From Vicugna vicugna (lineage: Eukaryota): a stretch of DNA of 64,000 nucleotides. Shown here piece after piece: positions 39,512 through 53,265 of this stretch. The position numbers and the translations under genes were made by a program. The first letter of the stretch is position 1. Each line of letters opens with the position of its first letter. Below the pieces are notes generated by a model. The model ran no database searches and was not told the DNA's origin. It saw only the letters and a program-made list of their open reading frames with translations. The DNA lies in the NCBI GenBank assembly GCA_013265495.1, contig MU061560.1, positions 992,001 to 1,056,000 of the forward strand, in the 5' to 3' direction.

Positions 39512-40500
39512 CTGTTGACCATAAGGGGTCTAAGACTATTCTACTTGGTAACAGCCTATAGTTTCAAGGTTGCTGGCAGAGGACATGAAACTCATGGATC
39601 AGAAATAAATGACTTCATTACCCATGGAAGAGCAGTTAGCACAAGCATTAGCATATCTGTGGGCCAATTTTCCTTGCCCTTAAGACTCACAACTTGAGTG
39701 GGTCCAGAGGGATGCCTCCACACATGGTTTCATCATAAGAGAGTTTAGGAAACTCAAAACTTTCATCATGGGTAGTTAGCATATCTGACTTATGCTCCAG
39801 AGGGGGACTTTATTTGTACTGGACTGGACAGTAACTGAACGTGCTTGCTCTTTGGTCTGGAAGGAGACATTATCTCTATCTTCCAAGGTTGTTAGAAAAC
39901 CTGCACTTTGTTTTGCATGGCAATATAATCTTTATCTTCCACTGCTCTTCATGTGCTTGAAAAGAATCCAGAACAAATGACAGTCTCTCTTGCAAGGTGT
40001 GCACAGATGTGGAACACCCATGCAGAATATTTTCCTTAAGTATCTACTTCTCATTTCTGTATCATCTTGCCTTATGGAGAATTTTCCTGTGATGTATGCC
40101 ACTAGGTTGTCTTCTCTGATTGATCTGACCAACAGAATCTGAAACCAAGTACATTCAATATTCCTCATAAGACGTTTAATTAATGTTACTATCAACAGAA
40201 TTGCAGTAAGTAAGATCAGGCAAGCCCTAAGGCCTGCCATTGTGATCTCATCTCTATTCTCAGCGTTCTAGACATAACCAGCTGAACAAATTGCATAAAC
40301 CAGAGGGTTGACCTTAGAAAACCAGGTGGCTTTTTACTTTAAGTTTATGTTTTAACTTCTTCTACTGTCACAAGGTATTAATGCTTGTAGCAGGATTTAT
40401 TTGTGATTTACAGACTCTTCCTTGGCCTGCAAGGAAGAAGTCTAGGGCCATTCTTTCATCCATAACAACACTGGCCAACATAGCTGGCCTGAATGTCTTA
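39512..40500 (-). mobile_element. ERV 3' end: env TM remnant plus 3' LTR
   Basis: 40481-40410 translates 'MLASVVMDERMALDFFLAGQGRVC' (immunosuppressive-domain motif); hydrophobic anchor 'LRACLILLTAILLIVTLIK' in ORF 39932..40240; TG..CA LTR-like block at about 39512-39975. Confidence 0.8.
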
Positions 40501-40559
40501 CCTAAAGTGATACTTTAGGTAAAGTGAAGGATAAAGTCCATATACTGCCAATTAATTTA

Positions 40560-41415
40560 CAATAAAGAAGCCAAGAGTAGTCAGTGGAGAAAAAAACAGT
40601 CTCTTCAATAAATGGTGATGGGAAAGTTGAGTATTCATAAGTAAAAGAACAAAAGTAGACCTTTATCCTACATTACTCACAAAAATTAACTTGAAATGGA
40701 TTAAAGGCTTAAACATAAAACTAGAAATAATAAAATTCCTAGAATAAAACATAGGATGAAAGCTTCTTGACGTGGGTCTTCGCAATTTTTTTTTTATATG
40801 ATGCCTAAAGCACAAGCAATGAGATAAAAAATAAACAAGTGGGACTACATCAAACTAAAAATCTTCTGCACAGTGAAAGAAAGACCAACCAAATAAAAAG
40901 AGAACCTATGGAATGAGGAAAAGATTTGCCAACTATATATCTGAATAAGGAGTTAGTATCCAAAATTTATAAAGAACTCATGCAACTCAATAACAAAAAA
41001 CTCCAAGCAATCCAATTAAAAAGTTGGCAGAAAACTTAATAGACATTTTCCCAAAGAAGACATGCAGGCTGACAGGTACATGAAAAGAAGTTAATCGTCA
41101 CTAACCATCAGGGAAATGCAAATCAAAACTACAGTAAGATATCACACATCTATTAGAATGGTTATCATCAAAAAACACAAGAAATAACAAACGTTGGCAA
41201 GAATGTGGAGAAAAGTGAACACTTGTGCACTGTTGTTGGAACTGTTCATTGGTATAGCCACTATGGAAAACATTATGGAGTTTCTTTAAAAAATGGAAAA
41301 TAGAACTACCATAAGATCCAGCAGTTCCATTTCTGGAAAATAGGCAAAGGAAATGACAACACTGTTGAAGAGACATCTGTACCTTCATGTTTATAGCAGC
41401 TTTATTTACAATAGT
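40560..41415 (+). mobile_element. L1 ORF2 C-terminal fragment
   Basis: Sense L1 motifs AGTCTCTTCAATAAATGG, GGGACTACATCAAACTAAAA and ATCAGGGAAATGCAAATCAAAAC. Confidence 0.9.
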
Positions 41416-43516
41416 ATCTACTGTTTTTAGAATACGATTTTCTTTTCTTTCTTCTTATGCTAATAATTGGGAGAACTGAAGACCACACAGATGAGATGAA
41501 AAGTTAGTTTATCAATCTCTCATTATAAACAAAACTTATAAAGTTTCTAACTTTTCACATTAAGTAGAGAACGAGTTCATTTTAAATTGCAAAGAAGACT
41601 TGATCTTAGGGAATCTGAAGCGAAAATATAAGATATAAAATATCCATCTATTGAAGTATATTATTTTAACCCATGTTCATTAAACATTATGAATAACTCA
41701 AAATTTATTTCCAGGCATCTTTTGAGTTTGCAGTTCATTAAAGTGAATATTGAAATATAAAACAGTTTCCAAAGTCACACATGAAATAAATGGCAGAATG
41801 AGGATTGGGATCATGTTCATCTTACTTCAGAGCCAAGATTTTAACCAGTTTGCTTTACAGACTGCAAGTCCTAAGCCCCTCCAGGGGAGGTTTTCCAGTC
41901 GGTCCATTTCTGTTTTTGAGTAGGAAGGCATCTCTTGTCATCCCTTGATTTTTTTTTCTAGCACAGAGTCTTAAAAAGTCCATTTTATGAATCTCCTCTA
42001 TAATAACCTGTCCTCCAAATACTTATGCTGTTTTAGCAAATGAAACACAACGTGAAATGATCAAATGCAACTTATTTATAAGCCTCCAAAGGCAAAGAGA
42101 CATACCTGTAAGTCATATAGCGAAGAAAGCATTTAGATTATATAGGCAATATTTTGAGTGACAGTGAAGCCAAATTTCAGCCATTAATCACATCCACATT
42201 ACTTAAGAGAGGTTGAAGGGGCTATTGTCTTCCCAAAGGGAAACGCAAAAGGAGTTTGATATGAGATTTCAAATCTGGAAGGCCCAGGGACTAGTGCCTT
42301 TTCAGGCTTTTGCCAGAACATATCCATAGGCAAAAAGCATCCCTGAAATGCTTACCTAGTTGCAGAGCAGAAGGGCTGCATTGGAAGTGAGTTGCAATTC
42401 AAGGTGGGGTACCTATCTCCCGGGCAAGAAAGGTGGACTCAGTGCGGGGTCATATTTAAAGGAACTTTATGTAAGAGAGCCATCTGGATGGTGAAATGAT
42501 TCCAGCAGAGAGAGAAACCATTGAAAGACAGCAAACAGAGAGAATCCTAAGTGGACAATGGAAGGAACTACCAAAGTCCTGGGAAATTAATGGGTCTGAA
42601 GAAACCACAAGAGCAGGCCTCCTCACTTCAGGCTTTCATTTTGGGCTGGAGCAGGTGAATTGAGTTTGGAGTAATGTGATAATTGGGTAAGAATGGTATT
42701 ACTTATTGCATAAGAGTGGCCAATTTTGTTCGGAGGAACGAAAAGAATTCTTCAATGAAATAAGTAGGATAGAGAATCACAGAAAAATTAAGTTGCTCTC
42801 TGCATGCGTCCTAACAAATAAAGCCATTTGTAAAGGGAACATAATGGAAGCAGACATCAGGGTACGATTAGGACTGTCTACACAGTAAGTAAATAATGGC
42901 CGCTCTAGAACCTAATACAAGAGTATGACTCATCAATGCTTTAACGCTATATATGGACTTAAATGAGATGATGATAAACGTATGATGAATAACGTCCTAT
43001 TGCAGTGGGTCTCTGTATACGATGGGATCATGGAGCAACCTTATGTCAGAATGACTCTTTATGGTTATGGTAATTATAAAAATAGGTAATGTAGATGAAA
43101 TTAATTTAGACTCTGGGTAGAAGGTGGGAACCAGGTGTCTAGACAAAGGCACAGAGGTAATAATGCAAATTAGTTGGTAGAGATTGTCCTTTGGGAATTC
43201 TGGGAGCAGTGAAAGAGTACACGTCTCTGGAGAACATATAGCTTCATTTCGAATGAAAAAGATCACTTTTCCTTGGCCAAAGGAACTTGACAGTTCAGTT
43301 TAAACCAGATATAGATGTAGGTTGGGATAAAGAAGAAAATGCCAAATTATAACTTAGAAAGAGAATGGATGAATACATCTGTTAACAAGGTGGCTTTGGG
43401 TGGGCTGACAAAATTATAGTAAACAGACACACAATTGCTGTTGCCACATAGACACATAGATGGCAGGTTCAACCACCACCCCCCTCACACGTACACCCTT
43501 AATGGTGATTCAGACA

Positions 43517-43866
43517 TTGTAACTGATGATGTCACAAGGTCAGGTACCATGAATATGGAAAGGTTTATTATTTGCATAGAAGGGTTTCTGGGGAGAGAAG
43601 AGCTGGCATCAAAGTTGATCCCAAATAGCTTGAGTGAAACTGAGGTTTTTTTTATTTGGTTTTTATTGTGGTTTTGGGAGGACTGGTAGATGAGCAGGTC
43701 TGCATAGTTTGAACGTCCCCATCTGTGCCCAACTAGAGACTTCCAGGCTTTAAAAAAAAAAAAAACTCAGCTTGCCCACATTTATCACAAGAGGGGAGTA
43801 GAGAAGGGTGGGACTTGAAAGCTATAAACAATCAAACATTAAATGTGGAGTCATTCTCTTTAACAC
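43517..43866 (-). mobile_element. Old LTR (MER77-like)
   Basis: TG..CA ends; reverse complement starts TGTTAAAGAGAATGACTCC; minus-strand AATAAA near 43565. Confidence 0.45.
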
Positions 43867-44529
43867 AATAAAAAGATCTGTTCTCAATTTTGTATACTAA
43901 ATGTTTTTAAAAATTGCATTCAAGATGATCGATCCAAGAGTGCAGTATGAAGAAAGGAAAGGTCATGATGTAAAACTGTAGTCTCTAGAAAGAACTTGGA
44001 ACTCTTCGATGGTGTAATAATTATGGCACAGGGTTTGGTGTTTCAGATTAAAGAGACAAAATTTGAATATTGAACTCTTTTCTTACACTATTATTTTTAA
44101 TATTATTATGCAGTTATCTCTCTCTTTTTTTTTTGCTACTTCACTATTTAAAAAAAAAGTCCTATTATTTAAGATGATTTCCGTGTATCACAAGTTTCCT
44201 ATGACTTAGGGACAGAGCACTTACTAATTACTCACTGCAGGTTTCCTAATAGTGTGTTTACTACCCACATTGTCAGACTGCTTACAAAAAGTGCTTTTTG
44301 CTAAACATATCACAGAAAAAAGAAGCTGAAACTTAAAACTAAAAGGTCCCATTTGTAATTTAAATCTGTGACTACAGTAGGAGAAATAATGTGATTAGAA
44401 TAGATGATGAGAAACTGGAAAAAAAAATGATACCTAGGAACATGTTAAAGAAATATTTAATATATTTTCTAAATGGGTTTAAAACTGTATGTTAATAGAA
44501 TTTAAGATAATGAGAATGTTGTGCTTTAG

Positions 44530-44715
44530 GGCAGGTGACAGAAAACTATCTAGTCTGCAGCCCAAATCCAGCCTACTGTCTGTTTCCGTAAAGCTCAGGA
44601 GCTAAGAATGGCTTTTATATTTTAAAATGATTTTATTTTAAAGGTTATATAAGTGTCTACACAATATCCTTGATTTTGCTGCTCGCCTGAAATATTTACT
44701 ATCTGTCTTTTACAG
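44530..44715. mobile_element. MER58-like hAT DNA transposon
   Basis: CCAAATCCAGCC...GAGCTAAGAATGGCTTTTATATTTT...AAATATTTACTATCTG motifs. Confidence 0.65.
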
Positions 44716-45626
44716 AAATAAAAATTTGATGCTTCAGTTCAGGGAATGGATTCAAGGCTCATACTGGCCTAAAATTTTGAAAAATAAGCAAAACCAGAAC
44801 TTGGGGAACAAAATAATAAGGGGAAAATTTGTTCAGGGGAGTATGTTTAGAACCTTGCTTTATAGTATATGAAACTTGCAATCTTATTATTATCTTTTAG
44901 AGGCTTATAGTGAGCCACGTAGACTTCATTTGACTTTCAACTGCTGTAACCAGGGCAAGACATTTGAAGCCTTGGTCTATGAGGTCTTAATAATTTGGTA
45001 CCTTGGTTCATAGCTGATTACTTTTATAGAAGCCAGGCTTCACAAAGAAGATCTAAATCAAAGAAGCAAGGAGCTCAGCTCAGTTATGGGAGGGGAAGAG
45101 TTTGCTAAGGATAGGTGATCCGCTCGAGTGGACTGAGCCAAATAGCAGGTTGGTTGCACAGATGAACTTAGCACTCATGCTACAGCTTGAGCGGCTGTCC
45201 TTAACCCCCGTGTGCCGGCCATGAAGAGAGCAAAAACGGTGCTGGTGGCCTGCAGTGGTTTGTTTCAGAATGGGGAGCTGAAATAGGGATGTGACTGTAT
45301 AAAAGCTGGATCATATAGTAAGAAAACCTTGTTTAAGCTTGGCATTTAAGAGAAAAGAAATGTTGGTTGTCAACTGCAATATAGCTGAGGTTTGCATATA
45401 CCATACAGCATAGTAAGAGGCTGGTGCCAGTCTCAGGTAGGCAGCATTAAATCTACTGCACCAAACTCCATTCTGCACTTGGCACTAAGGAGGAATTTGT
45501 GGATGAAACAAGCTTGGATTCATGTGCTTGTCCACAGGCTCAAAAAGACACCCAGTAGATGGTTCAAGTTGACTCTACTTGGAGGATTCTTTCCAGGGAG
45601 GCAGTTTTCCTAGATTTAAGCATCTT

Positions 45627-47271
45627 GTTTTCTTTAATTGAATACATTTGACATATAATGCTGTGTAAATTTAAGATGTACAGTGTGCTACTTTAATACA
45701 TTTATATATTATGATTACTGATATAGCAGTATTTATCACAGTACATTATTATAGTACAGTATTATTGTCTGTGTTCATTATACTGTGTAATAGATCTCTA
45801 TGGCTTATTTAATACTTATTAAGAGTTTTTACCCTTAAACTCCATCAGTCTTATCCCCTAACACCCCATCCTCTGGTAACCAAAATTTTATTCTCTGTTT
45901 TTCTTTCAGATTTAACTATTTTAGAATCCATATATAAGTGATGTCATCTAATACCTGTCTTTCTCTGTCTGATTTATCTTGCTTAGCATAACGTGCTCAA
46001 AGTTCATCCATGTTGTTGCAAATGACAGGATACCCTCGCTTTTCAAGGCTGAATAATATTCCATTGTGTATATATCTTTGCTGTATCTTTTTTATGCATT
46101 CATCCTTTAATGGGCATTTGGGTTGTTTCTGTATCTTGGCCATTGTGACTAATGCTGAGAGAAACATGGGAGTGTATAAATCTCACTGAAATCCTGTTTG
46201 CCTTTCCTTCAGGTATATACACAGGGGAGGAATTGCTGGATCATATGGTAGATCGATTTTTGTTTTTTTCAGGAACCTCCATATTGTTTTCCATAGTGAT
46301 TGGACCAATTTACATTTCCACTAACAATGTAGACGGGTCCTTTTTTCACTACATCCTACCCAGGCATCTGTTGTCTCTTATCTTCTTGATGATAGCCATT
46401 CTAACAGGTGTGAACAATATCTCATGGTGGCTTTGATTTTCATTTTCTCTGGTGATTAGTGATGCTGAGCATCTTTTCATATGCCTATTGGCAATTTCAA
46501 TATACTCTTTGAAAAACTATTTATTTAGTTCTTGATTCAACACAATTCCCATCAAAATATCAAAGGCATTCTTTGTAGAAATAGAAGAAACAATCCTAAA
46601 ATTTGTGCAGAACCACAAAATATCCTGAAAAGACAGAGCAATCATGAGAGGTCTTGGATTTCAAACTATTCTACAAAACCCTAGAAATAAAAACAGTATG
46701 GTACTGGCACAAAAATAGATACATCAACCAATGGAACAGATTATAGAAACGAGAATTAAATCCTAACATATGTGGTCAACTAATATTTGGCAACGGAGCC
46801 AAGAATACCCAATAGGGAAAAGATGGTCTCTTTAAAAAATGGTGTTGGGAAAACTAGTGAAACACATGCAGAACAATGAATTTGGACCCCTGTCTCACAC
46901 CACTCACAAAAATTAACTTGAAACGGATAAAAGACTTAAACATAAAACCTGATACGATAAAACTCCTAAAAGAAAACACAAGGAACAACCTCATCAATAC
47001 TGGTCTTGGCAATGATTTTTGTGACTTGACACCAAAAGCACAGACAAAAAAGGCAAAATCAACAAATGGGACTACATCAAACTCTAAAGCTTCTGCATAG
47101 CAAAAACAAAACAAAACAATTCAAAAACCAAACAAAAACAGCTAACAAAATGAAAAGGGAAACTCCAGAATGGGAGAAAAAATTTGCAACCATATATCGG
47201 ATAAGGAGTTAGTATCCAAAATATATAAAGAATTCAGTCAACTTAATAACAAAAAAATCCAATTAAAAATG
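45627..47271 (-). mobile_element. 5'-inverted (twin-primed) L1
   Basis: Minus-strand 3' end to about 46533, then plus-strand upstream ORF2 to 47271; degenerate TSD TAAGCATCTT / TAAGCCATTCTT. Confidence 0.85.
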
Positions 47272-47478
47272 TAAGCCATTCTTTGGCAGGATATAATTCT
47301 TTAACAAGGCAGAAACAATCAAGATGACACTGGGTTGAACATTCCTTCTCACACACTCCATTTCATTCAGTCCCAGGGTGACAAAGGGAATGAAAATTAA
47401 TTTTGAATGGATATAAATAAATGTGTCCCAAGTAAAAACTAGTGACTACAGCTACTACCATTGCAAATTGCTAAACTT

Positions 47479-49619
47479 CTATATATATATATGCATTTTT
47501 TTAAATTGAAGTATAGTCAGTTTACAATGTTGTGCCAATTCTTGGTGTATAGCATAATGATTCAGTCATAGGTTAACATGTGTATATTCATTTTCTTTTT
47601 TTTTTGCCATAAGTTACTATAAGGTACTGAATATAATTCCTTGTGCTATACAGTATGAACATGTTGTTTAACTATTCTTAAAATATTGGTTAGTATCTGC
47701 AAATCTTGAGCTCCCTATTTATCCCTTCCCACTTCTTTCCTCCACTGGTAACCATAATTGTTTTCTATGTCTTTGAGTCTGTTTCTGTTTTGTAAATAAG
47801 CTCATTTGTCTCTCTCTCTCTTTCTTTTATTTTTTTTAGATTCCACATATAACTGATATTATATGGTATTTTTCTTTCTCATTCTGGCTTACTTAGAGTT
47901 ACGATCTCCAGTTCCATCCATGCTGCTGCAAATGGCATTATTTTATTCTTTTTTATGGCTGAATAATATTCCATTGTGTAAATTTACCACATCTTCTTTA
48001 TCCAGTCATCTATCATTGGACAGTTAGGTTGTTTCCATGTCTTGACTATTGTAAATAGTGCTGCTATGAACATTGGAGTGCATGTATCTTTTTGAATTAA
48101 GGTTCCTTCTGGATATATGCCCAGGAGTGAGATTGCTGGATCATATGGTAAGTCTATTTTTAGTCTTTTGAGGAATCTCCATACTGTTTTCCATAATGGC
48201 TGCACCAAACTACATTCCCATCAGCAGTGTAGGAGGGTTCCCTTTTCTCAATACCCTTGCCAGCATTTATCTTTTGGAATGATGGCCATTCTGACTGGTG
48301 TGAGGTGATACTTCATTGTAGTTTTGATTTGCATTTCTTTGATAATTAGTGATATTGAGCATTATTTCATGTACCTATTGCCATTCATATGTCTTCATTG
48401 CAGAATTGCTTGTTTAGGTCTTCTACCCATTTTTGGATTTTTTTTATTAAGTTGTTTGAGCTGTTTATATATTCTGGAAATTAAAATATAGTATTGAAAG
48501 TCTTAACTATAGCAATAAGACAAGAAAAAGAAATAAAAGGGATCCAAATTGGAAGAGAAGAGGTAAAATTGTCATTATATGCAGATGACATGATACTATA
48601 TATAGGAAACCCTAAAGTCTCCTCAGAAAAACTATTAGAGCTGATAAAAGAAGTTGGCAAGGTAGCAGGATACAAGATTAACATACAGAAATCAGTTGTG
48701 TTTCTTTACACTAGCAATGAAATATCAGAAAAGGACAATAAAGAAACAATCATTTTTAAAGTTGCATCCAAAAAAAAAACATACTTAGGAATAAATCTGA
48801 CCAAGGAAGTGAGACTTACATGTGGAGAACTACAAAACTTTGACTAAGGAAGTTAAAGAAGACTTAAAGAAATGGAAAGATAGCCCATGTTCTTGGATTG
48901 GAAGAATTAATATTATTAAATTGGCCATACTATCCAAAGCAATCTACAGATTTAATGCAATCCCTACCAAATTACCCAGGACATTTTTCTCAGAACTAAA
49001 ACAAATAATCTTACAGTTTATATAGAGTCACAAAGACCCAGAATGGCCAAAGCAATACTGAAGAAAAAGAATGAAGCTTGAGGAATAATCCTCCCAGATT
49101 TTAGACCATACTACAGACCTACAGTAATCAAAACAGTATGGTATTGGTACATAAACAGACATATGGATCAATGGAACAGAACAGAGAGCCCAGAAATGAA
49201 CCCACAAAATTTTGGTCAATTAACTCTTTGACAAAGGAGGCAAGAACATACAGTGGAGTAAAGACAGTCTCTTCAGCAAATGATGTTGGGAAAACTGGAC
49301 AGCCACGTGTAAATCAATGAAGTTACAACACTCCCTCACGCTATACACAAAAATAAACTCAAAATAGCTTAAAGACTTAAACATAAGACAAGACGCTATA
49401 AACCTCTTAGAAGAAAACAGGCAAAACATTCTCTGACATAAACCTCAGCAACGTTCTCCTAGGGCAATCTACCCACACAGCAGAAATAAAAGCAAAAATA
49501 AACAAATGAGACCTAATTAACTTATAAGCTTTTGTATAGCAAAGGAAACCATAAGCAAAACAAAAAGACAACCTATGGAATGGGAGAAAACATTTGCAAA
49601 AGATGAGACTGACAAAGGC
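47479..49619 (-). mobile_element. Young 5'-inverted (twin-primed) L1 with 14-bp TSD
   Basis: TSD AAATTGCTAAACTT at 47465-47478 and 49620-49633; inversion junction about 48484; plus-strand part encodes '[11 protein letters not shown]' (ORF 48494..48847). Confidence 0.95.
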
Positions 49620-52279
49620 AAATTGCTAAACTTTATAAGAAGAAAGCAGTTTCTCCAACGCCATTCTCTGAAAAAGCAGAGAATAGAATGAATAGCCGGG
49701 TTTTCTCTACATATGATAAGTTTATCTGTGAACCATAACCTCTTTCTGAAAGATTTTTCCAAAATCACTTTAGGTTTGCATGCCATTGTTCTGGACAACT
49801 GGCACAGACTGACTGTTTTCTCTGCCTTCTTGAGGTTGAAACCACTGAGTCTCTGCCTCAGTCTAGGGTTACTCTAGGTGTTAGGTTTCGGGAGCACCAT
49901 CTAGTCTGAGATAATGGTTTATTTAAGGGTCTGAATGATAGTTTGTTTCCTAAATTTCCTGCACATGGGCCACTGCTGCGGCAATCTCTTATTTGCTATT
50001 AACCTCTCTCTGTAAAAGTGGGTTTCATGAGAGATGTGGCATTAAATTGATGCAACTTCAGAGACCTGTTGCATTCCAAGACAGTCTATGGTGCAGATGC
50101 TTCAGAGACTTCGATTTCTTTGGATTTTGCTATCTATGGACTTTAACTTGCAAATGGATTTCATTTTTGAACTTTAAATTCTTCCTGAGAATTTCATAGG
50201 AGGAGTAGTTTATTTGCAAATTTGAGGCAACTAATTTTGGAATTTATTTTTAGAGTGATTTAATGATGTCATTTGATTTCATTTCAGAACCTTGAGTAGA
50301 TTCTATTGGATTGTGTGGTTGTGCATAATTTAGGATGAGATAGTGACTAGAATCAGAGTAAGTTTTTGGCCTTGGGCATACAGTGACTTAGAAGTTAAAA
50401 TTTTTTTCTATTTATACTTACTTCAGAGGCTTCTGGGGGGAAAACTGTGTAGCACACTCACAGTCCCAGGAAAGCATCCAAAAGCTGGTTGGTATTAAGT
50501 ACAGCAGGCCTGTTCCACTGCTGACTTCATCCCTAAGGGAGCAGTCATAGGCTTTGTGCGCTAGAGACTTACGGGCTGAGCCCAATGAAGACAGAGAACA
50601 AAGACCTGAGATGTAGGTGGGGAAAGTGATTTTTGCAACTACCTTCCAAGGAAAGTCAAGTCTACGAGCTTATAGACTCCATCCATTCCCTTACTCGTTT
50701 CATTTAGAGATTTGACATAACATAACTGATTGGTGGATTCGGGGAGGAGAAGCGGGGCTTGTGTATTCCCACGTGCTTCCTTTTCCCTTCTTTGGGAGTG
50801 AGGCTGCCTTCCGCTGCCTATATTAGCCTTTCTACTTTCATGTCCAAAGTTTTCCACATTAAGTCAGTGGAGTGGCTTTTTTATGCTTATATAATAAACT
50901 CCATCTACTTTGGAAATTCCATGTTAATGAGGCCATTTGCCCACAGATATGTCACATTCTCCCACATCAGTTTTATTAATAAGAAAGGTGATGGTTGGGC
51001 TCTTTAACTGATAATTTTTTTACTTCATGCCTTAATTTACTTAGCACTTGGGTAGAAATGGGAATATTACTCACTGAATCCTCTCAAAGACCCCAAAACT
51101 CTCTATGCCAGAATTGCCTCCACCTTTTCTTGCTCTAGTTTGTACCCTTAAATGGGGTTGCATCATAGCATTAATGTCTAATCAATACATAATATTGGAC
51201 CCTCTGCATGGACACATTTTTGCTGCCTATTCAAACCAAAATCAAAGGAGAATCAAGCTCTAAGTTCTAGTTCTCTTTTATCCATAACCAGCACATATAT
51301 GTTATTATTCTTGCTATGTATTGAAATTTCAATGACTTCTTTCATTTTACAGTCTCCTAGGACAAAGAGCAACAAAAATATCTTTCTAGATTCTTAGACA
51401 CTACATGAACATTATCGTATAAACTGGGCGGTACTGTTTTATGTGAAGTTGTGGGCTGATATTTTCGCCATACATCACATGCAACCCTCTGATCTTTGGT
51501 GGTCACAGAAAATCTAAGTTTCTTGAATGCTCTCCTATGGTCTGTGCTTCTGGTTTCTAAGCCTACCTTCCAGTTTCACCTTCACTCTTGAAACTTCTCA
51601 CTCAACTCTTTGGAATGCCTAAGGCATTCCCTAGACCCTCTTAATCATGAAATGGTCCCTTTTTCTTTGGAAACCGAATTTGCTTTGCAAATTCTGCTTC
51701 ATTGTAGCTCTTCAGCTGAGGCTGCACATTCTTCAAATCCCTTTTGCTTTGGGGTTGGGGGCGGAGCCAGAATTCCCCTAGTTTCTCAATTCCAGTCTTG
51801 AACCATGGCGTCTCCACATTATGTAAAACTTCCTCCTGGTTTAGAGGCTTATGTCATCTGCCTCCACCCTCCATCTCTGCCATAATCATTATCAGTAACC
51901 TTTTACTGACATCTTGCATATCAGGGCATTTCTTACATTCTCCCTGCATGACTCATTTCCTTTTCTCACTGCATATTTTATCAACTCTTTGACAGTTTCA
52001 GTACAATATGCATGAACTATCCAACACACTAATGCCAAATTTATTTGGCTGCTGAAATTCAGTGGCCTTATTTTCCATAGTCACTCCCTAGATCCATCAG
52101 ACCCATCATCACCCCAACAGACAGGCCTGTATCTCCTACATCACATTAAACTACATTAATCCCCAACTGTGATTACCACTTGCTATTTTTTCACTTCCTA
52201 ATCTTCACATCCCTGCTTCTTCATGATCTGGCACATTTATATTTTAACTTCTCACTATCTTCAGATAGTTTTATTATTT

Positions 52280-53265
52280 TAATAATTCTACTTTTTATTC
52301 CCAGATAATTGTAGATTCATGAACTTTTGTAAAAAAAAATACTAATAATACAAAGAAGTCTCACACACCCTTTACTCATTTTCTTCCAATGGCAGCATTT
52401 GCAAAGCTATAGTCCAGCATCACATCAGCATATCAGCATTGATGCAGTCAAGATGCAGAATGGTTTTATCATCAGAAGGATCTCTCATGTTGTCCTTTTA
52501 TAGCTACACTTACCTCCTTCCACCCTCCCCCCTCATCCCTGACTCTTGGCAGCCACTGATTTGTTTTGATTTCTATAGTTTTGTCATTTCAAGAGTATTC
52601 TGTAAGTGGAATCATATAGTATGTGGTTTGGGGGGGGTGTTTTTTATTCATCATAATTCTGTGGAGATTGCTCCAAGTTGTTGCATATATTAAAACTTAT
52701 TCCTGTCTATTGCTGAGTAGTATGTTATGAATGTACCACAATTTATTTTCCCATTCACCTGTTGAAGGGCATCTGTTTTGTTTTCAGTTTTTGGTTATTA
52801 CAAGGAAAGCTGCTATGAACATTCATGTATAGGTTTTGTGTGTGAACATAAGTTTTCATTTCTCTAGAATGTGTGTTTGCTGAGTTGTAATGGTAAGTAC
52901 ATTGAGTTTTATAAGAAATTGCCAAACTGTTTTTCCAGAGTGGCTATATCATTTTATGTTCTCATTAGCTATACATGTATGATCCAGTTTTTCTGCATCC
53001 TTGCCAGCACGTGTATTGTCTCTATTTTTTATTTTATCCATCTGTTGGGATATCTAATTTTGGGTTTAATTTGTGTTTCCTCACTGGGTAGTGAAGCAAA
53101 GCATCTTTTCATGTGCTTGTTTCCTATCTATATATCCTCTTCAGTAAAGTAGCTTTTTATGTCTTTGGCTTATTTTCTAGCTGGATTGATTTTTCACTGT
53201 TGAGTTTTGAGTGTTCTTTATATATTCTGGATACTAATCCTCTGTTTGATAGGTGGTTTGCAAAT
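52280..53265 (-). mobile_element. Old L1 (L1MC/MD-type) 3' end
   Basis: ATAATTGTAGATTCA...CCCTTTACTCA and CCATTCACCTGTTGAAGGGCATCTG antisense 3' L1 motifs. Confidence 0.75.

Noticed and set aside
40010..40138. Apparent minus-strand exon after TTGGTTTCAG ('ILLVRSIREDNL...')
   Set aside because: It is in frame with the env membrane anchor, so it is better explained as the Env cytoplasmic tail; no convincing donor site.
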